From positions 1-37,879 of IMG/VR virus record IMGVR_UViG_3300019877_000005: a stretch of 37,879 nucleotides of DNA; one strand, written 5' to 3'. Position 1 is the first letter of the stretch. Each line of letters opens with the position of its first letter. Shown here one piece after another: positions 8,979-16,758 of the stretch. Under the pieces are notes generated by a model. It did no database searches. It had not been told where the DNA came from and saw only the letters and a list, made by a program, of their open reading frames with translations. Source of the DNA: a virus (taxonomy: Duplodnaviria > Caudoviricetes). A program made the translations under genes and the position numbers.

Positions 8979-9605
8979 ATGCCTAAAGGTGTTTATGTTA
9001 GGAAATCGCATCATAAAACGGGAAAATTTGAAAGAAGTGATGAACAGAAAGAAATTCTAAGAAAAAGATTTCAAGAACAATCTCGTTTAAGGATAGGTAA
9101 AAAACGCATTTTCAGTGACGAATGGAAACGTAAGATGAGTGAATCCAGAATGGGGAAAGAACCTTGGAATAAAGGGAAAGTAGGAATTTATTCTGATGAA
9201 TGCCTAAAAAAAATTAGGAATGCAAGAAAAAAACAAATCATCACACAGAGCCAAAAAATAAAACAAAGCTTAACAATGAAGCGTAGGGTTTCTGAAGGAA
9301 AATGTCATTTATGGAAAGGAGGAATTAATCCAATTCATAAGGCATTAAGAAAGACAGTGGAATATAAACTTTGGCGAACTTCAGTATTTGAAAGAGATAA
9401 TTTTAAGTGTGTGATATGTGCAAATGATAAGAGCGGAAATCTTGAAGCCGATCATATAAAAGCATTTTCGTTATATCCAGATTTGAGACTTTGTATTAAT
9501 AATGGAAGAACTTTATGTAAGGAATGCCATAGGAAAACGGATACATTTGGATTTAAAGGAAATATTCAAAATAGATATCAGCCGGAAAAGAAAGTCAGGA
9601 GCTAA
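8979..9605 (+). CDS. Free-standing HNH endonuclease (NUMOD3-like N-terminus)
   Basis: WRTSVFERDNFKCVIC...LEADHIK...NGRTLCKECH; AGGAG RBS. Confidence 0.85.
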   Translation: MPKGVYVRKSHHKTGKFERSDEQKEILRKRFQEQSRLRIGKKRIFSDEWKRKMSESRMGKEPWNKGKVGIYSDECLKKIRNARKKQIITQSQKIKQSLTMKRRVSEGKCHLWKGGINPIHKALRKTVEYKLWRTSVFERDNFKCVICANDKSGNLEADHIKAFSLYPDLRLCINNGRTLCKECHRKTDTFGFKGNIQNRYQPEKKVRS

Positions 9606-9626
9606 AATTCCACGCAAGAAATAGTC

Positions 9627-9818
9627 ATGAATGAACGAGATCGAATAAAAAGAAATCTCCTCTATAATGAAAAATGGGTTGAAAGAGATCTCTCGGAAAA
9701 GCAACGCAAATATAGAAGAAATGCTATCGCCTATTCAAAGACGTTTAACGGAAAATCCCCCGAAATAATGATTGAAGGGGATGAAATAACATGGAAACGA
9801 CCATCAAAATTTGGATAA
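9627..9818 (+). CDS. Hypothetical protein (63 aa)
   Basis: ORF in operon orientation. Confidence 0.5.
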   Translation: MNERDRIKRNLLYNEKWVERDLSEKQRKYRRNAIAYSKTFNGKSPEIMIEGDEITWKRPSKFG

Positions 9819-9821
9819 AGC

Positions 9822-9953
9822 ATGGATAAGAAAATTAAAGCCATTATGAAAGATACAAAGAAAATTGAAAAAAAAGAATCATCTCTTTTGAAAGCCGATA
9901 AAAAAAATGACAAAATTGTGGACAAGGCCAAGAAGATGAAAGGCAAATGCTAA
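9822..9953 (+). CDS. Lys-rich small protein (43 aa, MDKKIKAIMKDTKK...)
   Basis: Hand translation; last rightward ORF before the convergence point. Confidence 0.6.
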   Translation: MDKKIKAIMKDTKKIEKKESSLLKADKKNDKIVDKAKKMKGKC

Positions 9954-10018
9954 TCTTCATGAGGCGTTTTGTCAGTTGATTTAATCCAAGTCATCAAATA
10001 ATCCTTTTGGTCTGATTT

Positions 10019-10468
10019 CTAGCAGTAATTTTTGATATATTCATTCAGTTTTTCTTTGGCTCCTTTTTCCTTTGGTTTCCAGGAAAGAGAGCTTCCTTTT
10101 TGTCTATTTTCCTTAGTTTTAAGATACTGAAGATTAGAAATAACATGTTGTCCTCCTTTGGATAAGGGAATTATATGATCTACTTCATATCCTTTAGGAG
10201 TATTCAAATAAAATTGTCTAATACATTCCAATTCTTCCTTTGATAATTCTTTTGTCAAATTCCGATATCTTAAACCACTAATGCAATCTCTGCGTTTAGC
10301 AGACTTTTTACCATTTTTTGATCTACAATATTTTTTGTGATTTTCTAATATATATTCTCTATTGTTTTCATAATACAATCTTCTATATAGATATCGTTTC
10401 CTATCTTCTCTTTTAACGTCAGTTTTAAATAAATTATTACATCTTTTAATAAAGTCTAGTTCTAGCAT
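10019..10468 (-). CDS. HNH endonuclease
   Basis: YEVDHIIPLSKGGQHVISNLQYLKTKENRQK. Confidence 0.85.
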   Translation of the reverse strand: MLELDFIKRCNNLFKTDVKREDRKRYLYRRLYYENNREYILENHKKYCRSKNGKKSAKRRDCISGLRYRNLTKELSKEELECIRQFYLNTPKGYEVDHIIPLSKGGQHVISNLQYLKTKENRQKGSSLSWKPKEKGAKEKLNEYIKNYC

Positions 10469-10471
10469 AAC

Positions 10472-10499
10472 CCGGCTGATAATATATATTATGTTGTAA
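10472..10499 (+). promoter_or_regulatory. XerCD dif-like recombination site
   Basis: CCGGCTGATAA-TATATA-TTATGTTGTAA: 11-6-11 architecture with ATAA/TTATGT inner arms, as in E. coli dif (GGTGCGCATAA TGTATA TTATGTTAAAT). Confidence 0.7.
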
Positions 10500-10593
10500 T
10501 TAAATTAATTTCTAACTATCACAAATAAATGTGGAGGCATATTTCTTTAATTCGTCAAAATAGTTAAAATAATCATTTGAAAGATTTGACACT

Positions 10594-10776
10594 TTACTCA
10601 TTCAAATTCTCTTCATCTCTCATGTCCTCAGGCGCAAATACAGTCCCATCAACAGAAATATATCCTGGCCACATGCAATTTACTCGGGCGTCATTATATG
10701 ACTCCACTGCATTTATGCATTGTCTCATAGCTTTATATGCTTCTTTAGCTATGTGCAGTTTATCTTTCATTTTCAT
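10594..10776 (-). CDS. Hypothetical protein (60 aa)
   Basis: ATGA overlap with the upstream gene. Confidence 0.55.
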   Translation of the reverse strand: MKMKDKLHIAKEAYKAMRQCINAVESYNDARVNCMWPGYISVDGTVFAPEDMRDEENLNE

Positions 10777-11012
10777 TGCCTCTCAGCTCCGCACATACCA
10801 CAGTATCTAATCCTATTGTCATTCTTGTGCCTACATGATGAATTTGGACATGTCCATGTACCTGATTTCACTTTCATTTCATAATCATAATAATCGGCTT
10901 GCTTAATTTCGCATTCCATAACTTCACTGCAATGGGGACATACGATAATAAAATCCTGTGCGCTAGCCACAGAAAAAAACAACAACAACAAACAACATAA
11001 CCATTGAAACAT
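10773..11012 (-). CDS. Exported protein with RanBP2-type zinc finger (79 aa)
   Basis: Start MFQWLCCLLLLFFSVASA after AAGGA; CPHC; WTCPNSSCRHKNDNRIRYCGMC. Confidence 0.7.
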   Translation of the reverse strand: MFQWLCCLLLLFFSVASAQDFIIVCPHCSEVMECEIKQADYYDYEMKVKSGTWTCPNSSCRHKNDNRIRYCGMCGAERQ

Positions 11013-11131
11013 AATCACAGTATCCTTTTTGTGTATTTTATCTATCTTTGTTTGAGATTCAATATTATGCATCTCATGTTGAAGCCAGAATTTGTCATAT
11101 GGAAGCATTTAAAGACTTTCCTTATATTCTT

Positions 11132-11407
11132 TCATCCCATTCCCATAAAACATTGAATAACACCTTCCTCCTGTTTAGAAGGTTCTATTTTTATTTCAAT
11201 ATCGTAACCAAAAAGATTTATTATATTAAATAATCTTTCAACACCAAAATCCTGGAGTTGCATTTTCAGTAAATGGGAAACTTTTGGCTGAGTAACATTA
11301 ATTATTTTTGCTATTTCTGTTTGATTTAATGTTAATGATTTTTCCTCAATGATTTTTTTGATAAAGAATCCTAACTTTTGTTTTAATTTTTGTATTTCTG
11401 TCATCAC
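11132..11407 (-). CDS. XRE-family HTH regulator
   Basis: LNQTEIAKIINVTQPKVSHLLK...FGVERL...LFGYDIEI. Confidence 0.85.
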   Translation of the reverse strand: MMTEIQKLKQKLGFFIKKIIEEKSLTLNQTEIAKIINVTQPKVSHLLKMQLQDFGVERLFNIINLFGYDIEIKIEPSKQEEGVIQCFMGMG

Positions 11408-11553
11408 TTCTCCTTAATATATTTATCAAACCATATTTCAATCACATCTTTAGCATCTCTAATTGATATTTGCGATGCTGTTCTATCCGGATAAGCATTG
11501 AGTAGCATTACTGAAAAATCAAGCAATATGGCTTTAACATCATAATCAGTCAT
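11404..11553 (-). CDS. Hypothetical protein (49 aa, MTDYDVKAILLDF...)
   Basis: Hand translation; overlaps both neighbours by 4 nt. Confidence 0.55.
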   Translation of the reverse strand: MTDYDVKAILLDFSVMLLNAYPDRTASQISIRDAKDVIEIWFDKYIKEK

Positions 11554-11822
11554 CTAGTCATTTCCTTTAAGTAAGAATTTTTCAGCCTTTCAATTTCCTT
11601 ATCCACATGATCCGTTATTTCTTGTTTGAGTATATCAACATTTATTCTCATCTGTTTTGAAACTTCTTCGAATGTTGGAATATATTCAGGAATTGGAATA
11701 TATTCAATTTGAGATGGCCAAAATATCATTGATGTTACTCTTGTGTCAGAGCCAGAATCATCCATTTGAGATGGCCAAAATATCATTGATGTTCCTCTTG
11801 GGTCAGAGCCAGAATCATCCAT
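11550..11822 (-). CDS. Hypothetical protein with duplicated 19-aa N-terminus
   Basis: MDDSGSDPRGTSMIFWPSQ / MDDSGSDTRVTSMIFWPSQ. Confidence 0.55.
   Translation of the reverse strand: MDDSGSDPRGTSMIFWPSQMDDSGSDTRVTSMIFWPSQIEYIPIPEYIPTFEEVSKQMRINVDILKQEITDHVDKEIERLKNSYLKEMTR
11707..11820. repeat. 57-bp tandem duplication (2 mismatches)
   Basis: 11707-11763 versus 11764-11820. Confidence 0.95.
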
Positions 11823-12402
11823 TAATCATTTCCTTATAAAATTCCCATTCCATTTCGATCATACGCTCAATAAACTTATCATCTCTACCTACCGCCACTA
11901 CAACCCCACTACTTCCGTCAAAGCTAAAGTAATAGCAGCAATCAACATCGCAAACACTAATCTGATGCTGTACTTGCGGATAATAGTAATCAGGGATCTT
12001 TCCATTTTTTGCTAACTCGTGGTTTTTTTTGTTGGTGCACTTTACCTCGAGAATCATCTTATTGTCAATGCAAACTCCGTCTAGAGATGCAAGCATGAAT
12101 GGATGCTCTATGCTTTGGTATACTCCAGGAATAAATAAGTTACCTAATATATCCTCAGCCATTGCTCTAGCTGTAGGCTCTAATTTTATACCTCTTTCCA
12201 TGAGGTAATTTCTTTCTTTCTCAGTCCTTGTCCCTTGTTTTCTCTCTAATGCTTCTTGTCTAGACGTCCATTTAGATAGTCCCATAACCTCTAAACAATC
12301 GCTTGCGCAGACGTGTTTTCTGCGAAGGGCAAGCCATTCTGGACTACCCTGCTCAACATGATGCCTAATTGCATTCACTCTGCGTCCTTGCGCTAATATC
12401 AT
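11815..12402 (-). CDS. YqaJ/lambda-exonuclease family protein
   Basis: QGSPEWLALRR...ERGIKLEPTAR...ASLDG...LEVKC...YYPQVQHQ. Confidence 0.92.
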   Translation of the reverse strand: MILAQGRRVNAIRHHVEQGSPEWLALRRKHVCASDCLEVMGLSKWTSRQEALERKQGTRTEKERNYLMERGIKLEPTARAMAEDILGNLFIPGVYQSIEHPFMLASLDGVCIDNKMILEVKCTNKKNHELAKNGKIPDYYYPQVQHQISVCDVDCCYYFSFDGSSGVVVAVGRDDKFIERMIEMEWEFYKEMING

Positions 12403-12560
12403 TTTCTATTTTCCTTTTTTATTTGATGGTCATTTGATGGAAAGCTGTCTATATCCACCCATTCATGCTCTACAAATTCTGTAGACTGTAATTCTTGTTT
12501 GATTTCCAGCACATCTTGATAAATGCGCTGGAATATGTCAGGGTTATAAGACGAGATCAT
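12399..12560 (-). CDS. Hypothetical protein (53 aa)
   Basis: Hand translation; ATGA coupling to the exonuclease gene. Confidence 0.55.
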   Translation of the reverse strand: MISSYNPDIFQRIYQDVLEIKQELQSTEFVEHEWVDIDSFPSNDHQIKKENRK

Positions 12561-12563
12561 TAT

Positions 12564-12668
12564 TTAGTTCCCCTTAAATAAATCTATTATCTTTGTCATT
12601 GCCCATCCACCTATAATTCCTCCCAAAATTCCAGTAAATAAACATGTAACTATATTTATTATTATCAT
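12564..12668 (-). CDS. Single-TM peptide (34 aa, MIIINIVTCLFTGILGGIIGGWAM...)
   Basis: Hand translation; ATGA coupling to bet. Confidence 0.5.
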   Translation of the reverse strand: MIIINIVTCLFTGILGGIIGGWAMTKIIDLFKGN

Positions 12669-13456
12669 TCCTCATCCTTTACAACGTTGATTGTCATCTC
12701 TTTTTCAACTAACATCTTTTGATGTTCATCTCTTTTCTTAATCAAAATCTTCTTTATCTTTTCAAAATCTTTTTCAGGTAATCCCTCAACACCTTCAGTT
12801 TGATAGGATTTCTTGATATATTCCCCAAAGCCTTTTTGCGATTCTTCAGAACATTCATTAAGTAATTGCTGTAATTCTTTTGCATGATCTAAAGCGATTA
12901 CTTCTATGTAAAGCTGTTTTACATTACTCTCTTCTGTTTGATCCATTTCTTCTTTACCATAGATACCGCTCATTTCAGCAGGGAATGCCTTACGCAAAGC
13001 CAAGCACTCGGCACATTTGCTGAGCATAATATGAGCTTTTGTCTTCCAGAAAGTATTCTTACCGTCGTATTCATCGAAACGAGCATTAGCACTCACTTCA
13101 TGCCACGTGCCATCCCTAGTTTGTTTTTTTACATAAGCAGTTGCAGAAACTAGATTTCCATTAGCATCGTAAGTAAACGTTGTTTCTTTTCCGGGAGCAT
13201 ATCTGCCGCTTCTATCTGCAATCAATCTAAACCCGTCAACGGAGGTTTGTATTACTCTCTGTCCACCACGTGGAACGCTGTAGATCTGTCTTGCAAAAGG
13301 ATCTAATCCGGTCCGTTGGCATGCATAGATAAAGAACTTAAGCTCATCATCCGTGCTGCCCTTACATATAGTTGTTTTCAGCAATTGTATCTGGCTATTG
13401 TCAAACCCCATGGCTGGGGGGTGGCTTATGGGTTCTACTTTTTGTAAAGCGTGCAT
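12665..13456 (-). CDS. bet: Phage recombination protein Bet (RecT-like single-strand annealing protein)
   Basis: TDDELKFF...CQRTGLDPFARQIY...QTSVDGFRLIA...MLSKCAECLALRKAFP. Confidence 0.92.
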   Translation of the reverse strand: MHALQKVEPISHPPAMGFDNSQIQLLKTTICKGSTDDELKFFIYACQRTGLDPFARQIYSVPRGGQRVIQTSVDGFRLIADRSGRYAPGKETTFTYDANGNLVSATAYVKKQTRDGTWHEVSANARFDEYDGKNTFWKTKAHIMLSKCAECLALRKAFPAEMSGIYGKEEMDQTEESNVKQLYIEVIALDHAKELQQLLNECSEESQKGFGEYIKKSYQTEGVEGLPEKDFEKIKKILIKKRDEHQKMLVEKEMTINVVKDEE

Positions 13457-13473
13457 TTGTTTTGTCCTTGTGT

Positions 13474-13653
13474 TTATTTTCTCATCATTCTTATTGCTTC
13501 TATACTCTCTAAAATATCTTTAGTTAACGCTAGATTGTCAGGAATTGCAATCAAACACTTTTCGAGTGTCTCCGAAACTTCTTTCATTGTTACGTCATAA
13601 ATTCTTAGACAAGCTATTATGCTATTCAACTCGTCTATATTATTTTTAATCAT
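13474..13653 (-). CDS. Hypothetical protein (59 aa)
   Basis: Hand translation; GAGGT RBS. Confidence 0.55.
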   Translation of the reverse strand: MIKNNIDELNSIIACLRIYDVTMKEVSETLEKCLIAIPDNLALTKDILESIEAIRMMRK

Positions 13654-13656
13654 GAT

Positions 13657-13824
13657 CTACCTCGCTGCCAAAAATTTCTCGATCTGAAAATCGTATTTCA
13701 CATCGATTAGCAACGTGTCAATTTCAGACTGTAGAATTAGTATTTTCCGGTGACAAGTTTCAATTCTTCTGTTTTCTTCTTGCATCAGATATAATTTTTC
13801 TTGTATTTGTTCTATTGTCTTCAT
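13657..13824 (-). CDS. Coiled-coil hypothetical protein (55 aa, MKTIEQIQEK...)
   Basis: AAGGAG RBS before the internal ATG of the tracked 86-aa ORF. Confidence 0.6.
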   Translation of the reverse strand: MKTIEQIQEKLYLMQEENRRIETCHRKILILQSEIDTLLIDVKYDFQIEKFLAAR

Positions 13825-13860
13825 AAAGCATCTCCTTCCAAGGTTTTTTAAGGTCATTTG

Positions 13861-13892
13861 AGGGCGCGAGTCGTGTCGCGCCCTTTTTCTTT
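13861..13892 (+). terminator. Rho-independent terminator-like hairpin, antisense to the leftward operon
   Basis: AGGGCGCGA-gtcgtg-TCGCGCCCT followed by a T run. Confidence 0.6.
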
Positions 13893-14092
13893 TAATCATC
13901 GCTATCAATTCTATCATCTCTTATCTTATTCCAAAGCTGCTCAAACTTAGATCGATTGTCTGTTAAAGCATAAAACATTAACATTCCTTTTTCATCTAAA
14001 TCTTGTAATGCCCATCTCCCCTCATCCCAATATTTGTTCATAATCATTTGTAAAGCGTATTCATCTTTCTCTATAAAGCTTGTGTATTGCAT
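13892..14092 (-). CDS. Hypothetical protein (66 aa), first gene of the leftward operon
   Basis: AAAGGA RBS before ATG 14092. Confidence 0.6.
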   Translation of the reverse strand: MQYTSFIEKDEYALQMIMNKYWDEGRWALQDLDEKGMLMFYALTDNRSKFEQLWNKIRDDRIDSDD

Positions 14093-14144
14093 TTTTTGTC
14101 CTTTGTTCAAGTCATCCTTGACTTTATTCTTGTTTCATGGTATC

Positions 14145-14174
14145 ACTATATCATAATCCAATAATAAAGAACAA
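14145..14174 (-). promoter_or_regulatory. Putative leftward sigma70-type promoter
   Basis: TTGTTC-18 nt-TATAGT on the minus strand in the divergent gap. Confidence 0.45.
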
Positions 14175-14203
14175 GATCTTTTTCATCAAAAAGGAAAAAT
14201 AAT

Positions 14204-14482
14204 ATGCATTTAAAGAAATGGCTTGATAATAATGGACTCACCTACCAGGAGTTTGCCAACCGCATTGGAATACATCGTCAGACTATTGTAAATTTAATGG
14301 GTGGTAAAGATATAAGACTTAGCGTAGCTGCGAAAATCGAAGATGCAACACTTGGTGTTGTAAAATGTCGTGAACTTTATCTAGAGACAAGTGACGACGA
14401 GCCCCAAACAAAAAAAGAAAAACAACAACAACATGATCAAGCTTGCTTGAATACACCAATCGGTTCCAACGATGCGAACTAA
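14204..14482 (+). CDS. Cro-like XRE HTH regulator
   Basis: LKKWL...LTYQEFANRIGIHRQTIVNLMGG...IEDATLGVVKCREL. Confidence 0.85.
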   Translation: MHLKKWLDNNGLTYQEFANRIGIHRQTIVNLMGGKDIRLSVAAKIEDATLGVVKCRELYLETSDDEPQTKKEKQQQHDQACLNTPIGSNDAN

Positions 14483-15014
14483 TTCCTCAGCTATTTCCTT
14501 CCAAACATCTCGCATGGCAACCTCTTTTTTAAAATTAAGATTGCCTGAAAATAATTATTTGTACAAGATGTCAAAGGAATATTGGAGACTAGAAAGCTAT
14601 GCCGGGGACATCCACTTCCCCGGCACAACACAAATGCGAATCACCCGGCTTTATTCAGATGATACGTTTACAAAACAAGAACGGCAGCAGATTATAATGA
14701 TTGAGAATTTTTGTAAAGAGCCTTATCAGGAAAATCCCCCTCACCCCTACATTGAACAACTAGCAAATCATGCCCACGCATGTATTAAGACCTACTATAA
14801 GTTATGGCGTACTAGGGATAAAAAAAATACAATCCTCATACTTCAAGCCAACTTACCACACACTTTAAACATACAACCTCAGAAATTCATCCGTGATGTA
14901 ATCGATATTTGCAATGAAGGCCTATGCAGTTGGGCTAAAGTAAAGAAAAACAAAAAACAATACATTCAAATTGAACTAGTAGGCTGGGCATATGGTGATG
15001 ACAACCAGGATTAG
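14472..15014 (+). CDS. Hypothetical protein (start may lie further downstream)
   Basis: Long ORF in the rightward early operon. Confidence 0.55.
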   Translation: MRTNSSAISFQTSRMATSFLKLRLPENNYLYKMSKEYWRLESYAGDIHFPGTTQMRITRLYSDDTFTKQERQQIIMIENFCKEPYQENPPHPYIEQLANHAHACIKTYYKLWRTRDKKNTILILQANLPHTLNIQPQKFIRDVIDICNEGLCSWAKVKKNKKQYIQIELVGWAYGDDNQD

Positions 15015-15309
15015 CCTATGTGGGGAATGTGCTAAAGCCCTCAACGATGCTTATCTATTCAATCTATGGGAAACCACGTGCAGGCAAAAAGGCTTATACA
15101 AACGAGCATTTCATATGTATATAGATTGTGCTATTGTGCATGATTCTATCCGCGAACTTGAGCATAAAGGCTACATAATCACTACAGAGGTTAGCGAGTC
15201 GACATTAGCTATGATCCCGGCCAAAGAATATAACACTTTCAACGGAAAAGAAGATTCTCTATTCTATTGTGCAAATCCAAATCAACACTTGGAGCTTTGT
15301 AATGACTAA
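14992..15309 (+). CDS. Hypothetical protein, possible winged helix
   Basis: IRELEHKGYIITTE wHTH-like segment. Confidence 0.55.
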   Translation: MVMTTRISLCGECAKALNDAYLFNLWETTCRQKGLYKRAFHMYIDCAIVHDSIRELEHKGYIITTEVSESTLAMIPAKEYNTFNGKEDSLFYCANPNQHLELCND

Positions 15310-15511
15310 ATTTATATCAAGCTATGACGGCCATTATATTAATGTTGATTACATCACTAATATTTCATGTACTGATAAAGAAATCATTGTTTTTTTTATA
15401 GATGGTACTGGCGGTGATCATGCTTATTTGCACAGAAATGTAAAAACGAAAGCCGAAGCACAAATTTGGCTTCGTGATTTTATGATAAAGGAAGGTCTTT
15501 ATCATGACTAA
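15302..15511 (+). CDS. Hypothetical protein (69 aa, MTKFISSYDGHYINVD...)
   Basis: GGAG RBS; paralog of the next gene. Confidence 0.65.
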   Translation: MTKFISSYDGHYINVDYITNISCTDKEIIVFFIDGTGGDHAYLHRNVKTKAEAQIWLRDFMIKEGLYHD

Positions 15512-15752
15512 GTTTATAGCTTGTCTATCAGGACAATACGTAAATGTCGATCAAATCACAGGATTTTATTTATGGGAAAATCCTGAGGGCTGGCATGTAA
15601 TATGTTACATTATAGAAATTGACGAACCTGATAGGGAATGGATGATAAGTTCTAATATGTCAGATGAAGAAGAAGCGCAAAAATGGCTAGACAAGTTCAT
15701 GGAAAAGCACGGCCTATGCCTTGAACCAATCACCCCATCCAGGTGCTTTTAA
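15504..15752 (+). CDS. Hypothetical protein (82 aa, MTKFIACLSGQYVNVD...)
   Basis: Paralog of the previous gene. Confidence 0.65.
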   Translation: MTKFIACLSGQYVNVDQITGFYLWENPEGWHVICYIIEIDEPDREWMISSNMSDEEEAQKWLDKFMEKHGLCLEPITPSRCF

Positions 15753-15791
15753 TGAGACGTAAGAGGATGAATGAAAATTATATAGTTATAG

Positions 15792-15822
15792 AAACAGAAA
15801 ACCCGTGCTGATAACACGGGTT
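15792..15822 (-). terminator. Terminator-like hairpin on the minus strand
   Basis: AACCCGTG-7 nt-CACGGGTT with TTTTCTGTTTC tail on the minus strand. Confidence 0.55.
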
Positions 15823-15916
15823 GTCTTGACTAGGGTATAACACTGAAAGATGTCTATATCCTATCGAGATTAATTATTTATCACAACAAAAAATAAATAT
15901 TTGATAGGAGAAAATT

Positions 15917-16756
15917 ATGTCAGCACTTCCAGAGAACACCGACGAACAGGATAGCAAACCAGGTTATTTTGCTGTGATTCCAGCAAATGTCCGCTATTGT
16001 AAGCAATTGCCTCCTTGCGCTCGTCTTCTTTATGGAGAAATCACAGCCCTTGCCAACAAATATGGCTATTGCTGGGCAAAAAACGAATACTTTGCTGATC
16101 TTTATGAAGTTGATGTTTCTACAATCGTCAGATGGCTAGATGCATTGAAAAATCTAGGATTTATCTTTGTTGATTCGCGAAAAGATGGATTTACCTGGAA
16201 AAGAAAAATTTGGATTTCTAAAGAATCTCAAGAAATGTTTACGAAAGTGCAAAAATGCACTATCGAAGATGCAAAAAAAAGTGTTCGAGCATGCAAAAAT
16301 GCATCTCCTCTCATTATAGATAAGAATAGTACATTGGAAAAAGAAACAAACAACAACACAGAAAAGCCGCCCAAAGCGGCTGTTGTTGATTTGATTTTTT
16401 CAGATGAAGAAATGGAACGATTAGGTAACTTTTCTTCAGACCAAATCGCAGAAGCAAAACAAACAACAAATCGAGATTGTATCCAAAAAGCTAATCATTC
16501 CAGAGTGAAGTTCTTTTTCAAAGTTATCGAATCTCTTACTGCAAAGAAAAAGACAAAACTCCCCATATTTGAAGAAATTTCCAAATACTTTCAAAAAGAT
16601 AAGGAATACAACGGAGCGACTTGTTTCTTAAATAATGAGGGAATCTCTTTTCACCGTGGACAAAAAGATGAAGGCTTAAAATTTGATAAATTTTGGTCAT
16701 GGGATAAATTTAAATCCTTATGCGACAGTTTTGAAATCAAATTCAAACGAGATTAA
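15917..16756 (+). CDS. Phage replication initiator / replisome organiser (N-terminal wHTH)
   Basis: YFAVIPANVRY...ARLLYGEITALANKYGYCWAKNEYFADLYEV; AGGAG RBS; internal iterons. Confidence 0.85.
   Translation: MSALPENTDEQDSKPGYFAVIPANVRYCKQLPPCARLLYGEITALANKYGYCWAKNEYFADLYEVDVSTIVRWLDALKNLGFIFVDSRKDGFTWKRKIWISKESQEMFTKVQKCTIEDAKKSVRACKNASPLIIDKNSTLEKETNNNTEKPPKAAVVDLIFSDEEMERLGNFSSDQIAEAKQTTNRDCIQKANHSRVKFFFKVIESLTAKKKTKLPIFEEISKYFQKDKEYNGATCFLNNEGISFHRGQKDEGLKFDKFWSWDKFKSLCDSFEIKFKRD
16242..16304. repeat. Putative origin iterons (3 copies, 22-bp period, CGAnnnTGCAAAAA(TGCA))
   Basis: Units start at 16242, 16264 and 16286 inside the initiator gene. Confidence 0.7.
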
Positions 16757-16758
16757 TC

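Noticed and set aside
9950-9994. 14-codon minus-strand stub MTWIKSTDKTPHED resembling a DUF551 N-terminus
   Set aside because: Too short to support as a gene or pseudogene
11707-11820. Possible CRISPR mini-array
   Set aside because: Two directly abutting 57-bp copies with no spacer, in frame within a gene; no cas genes
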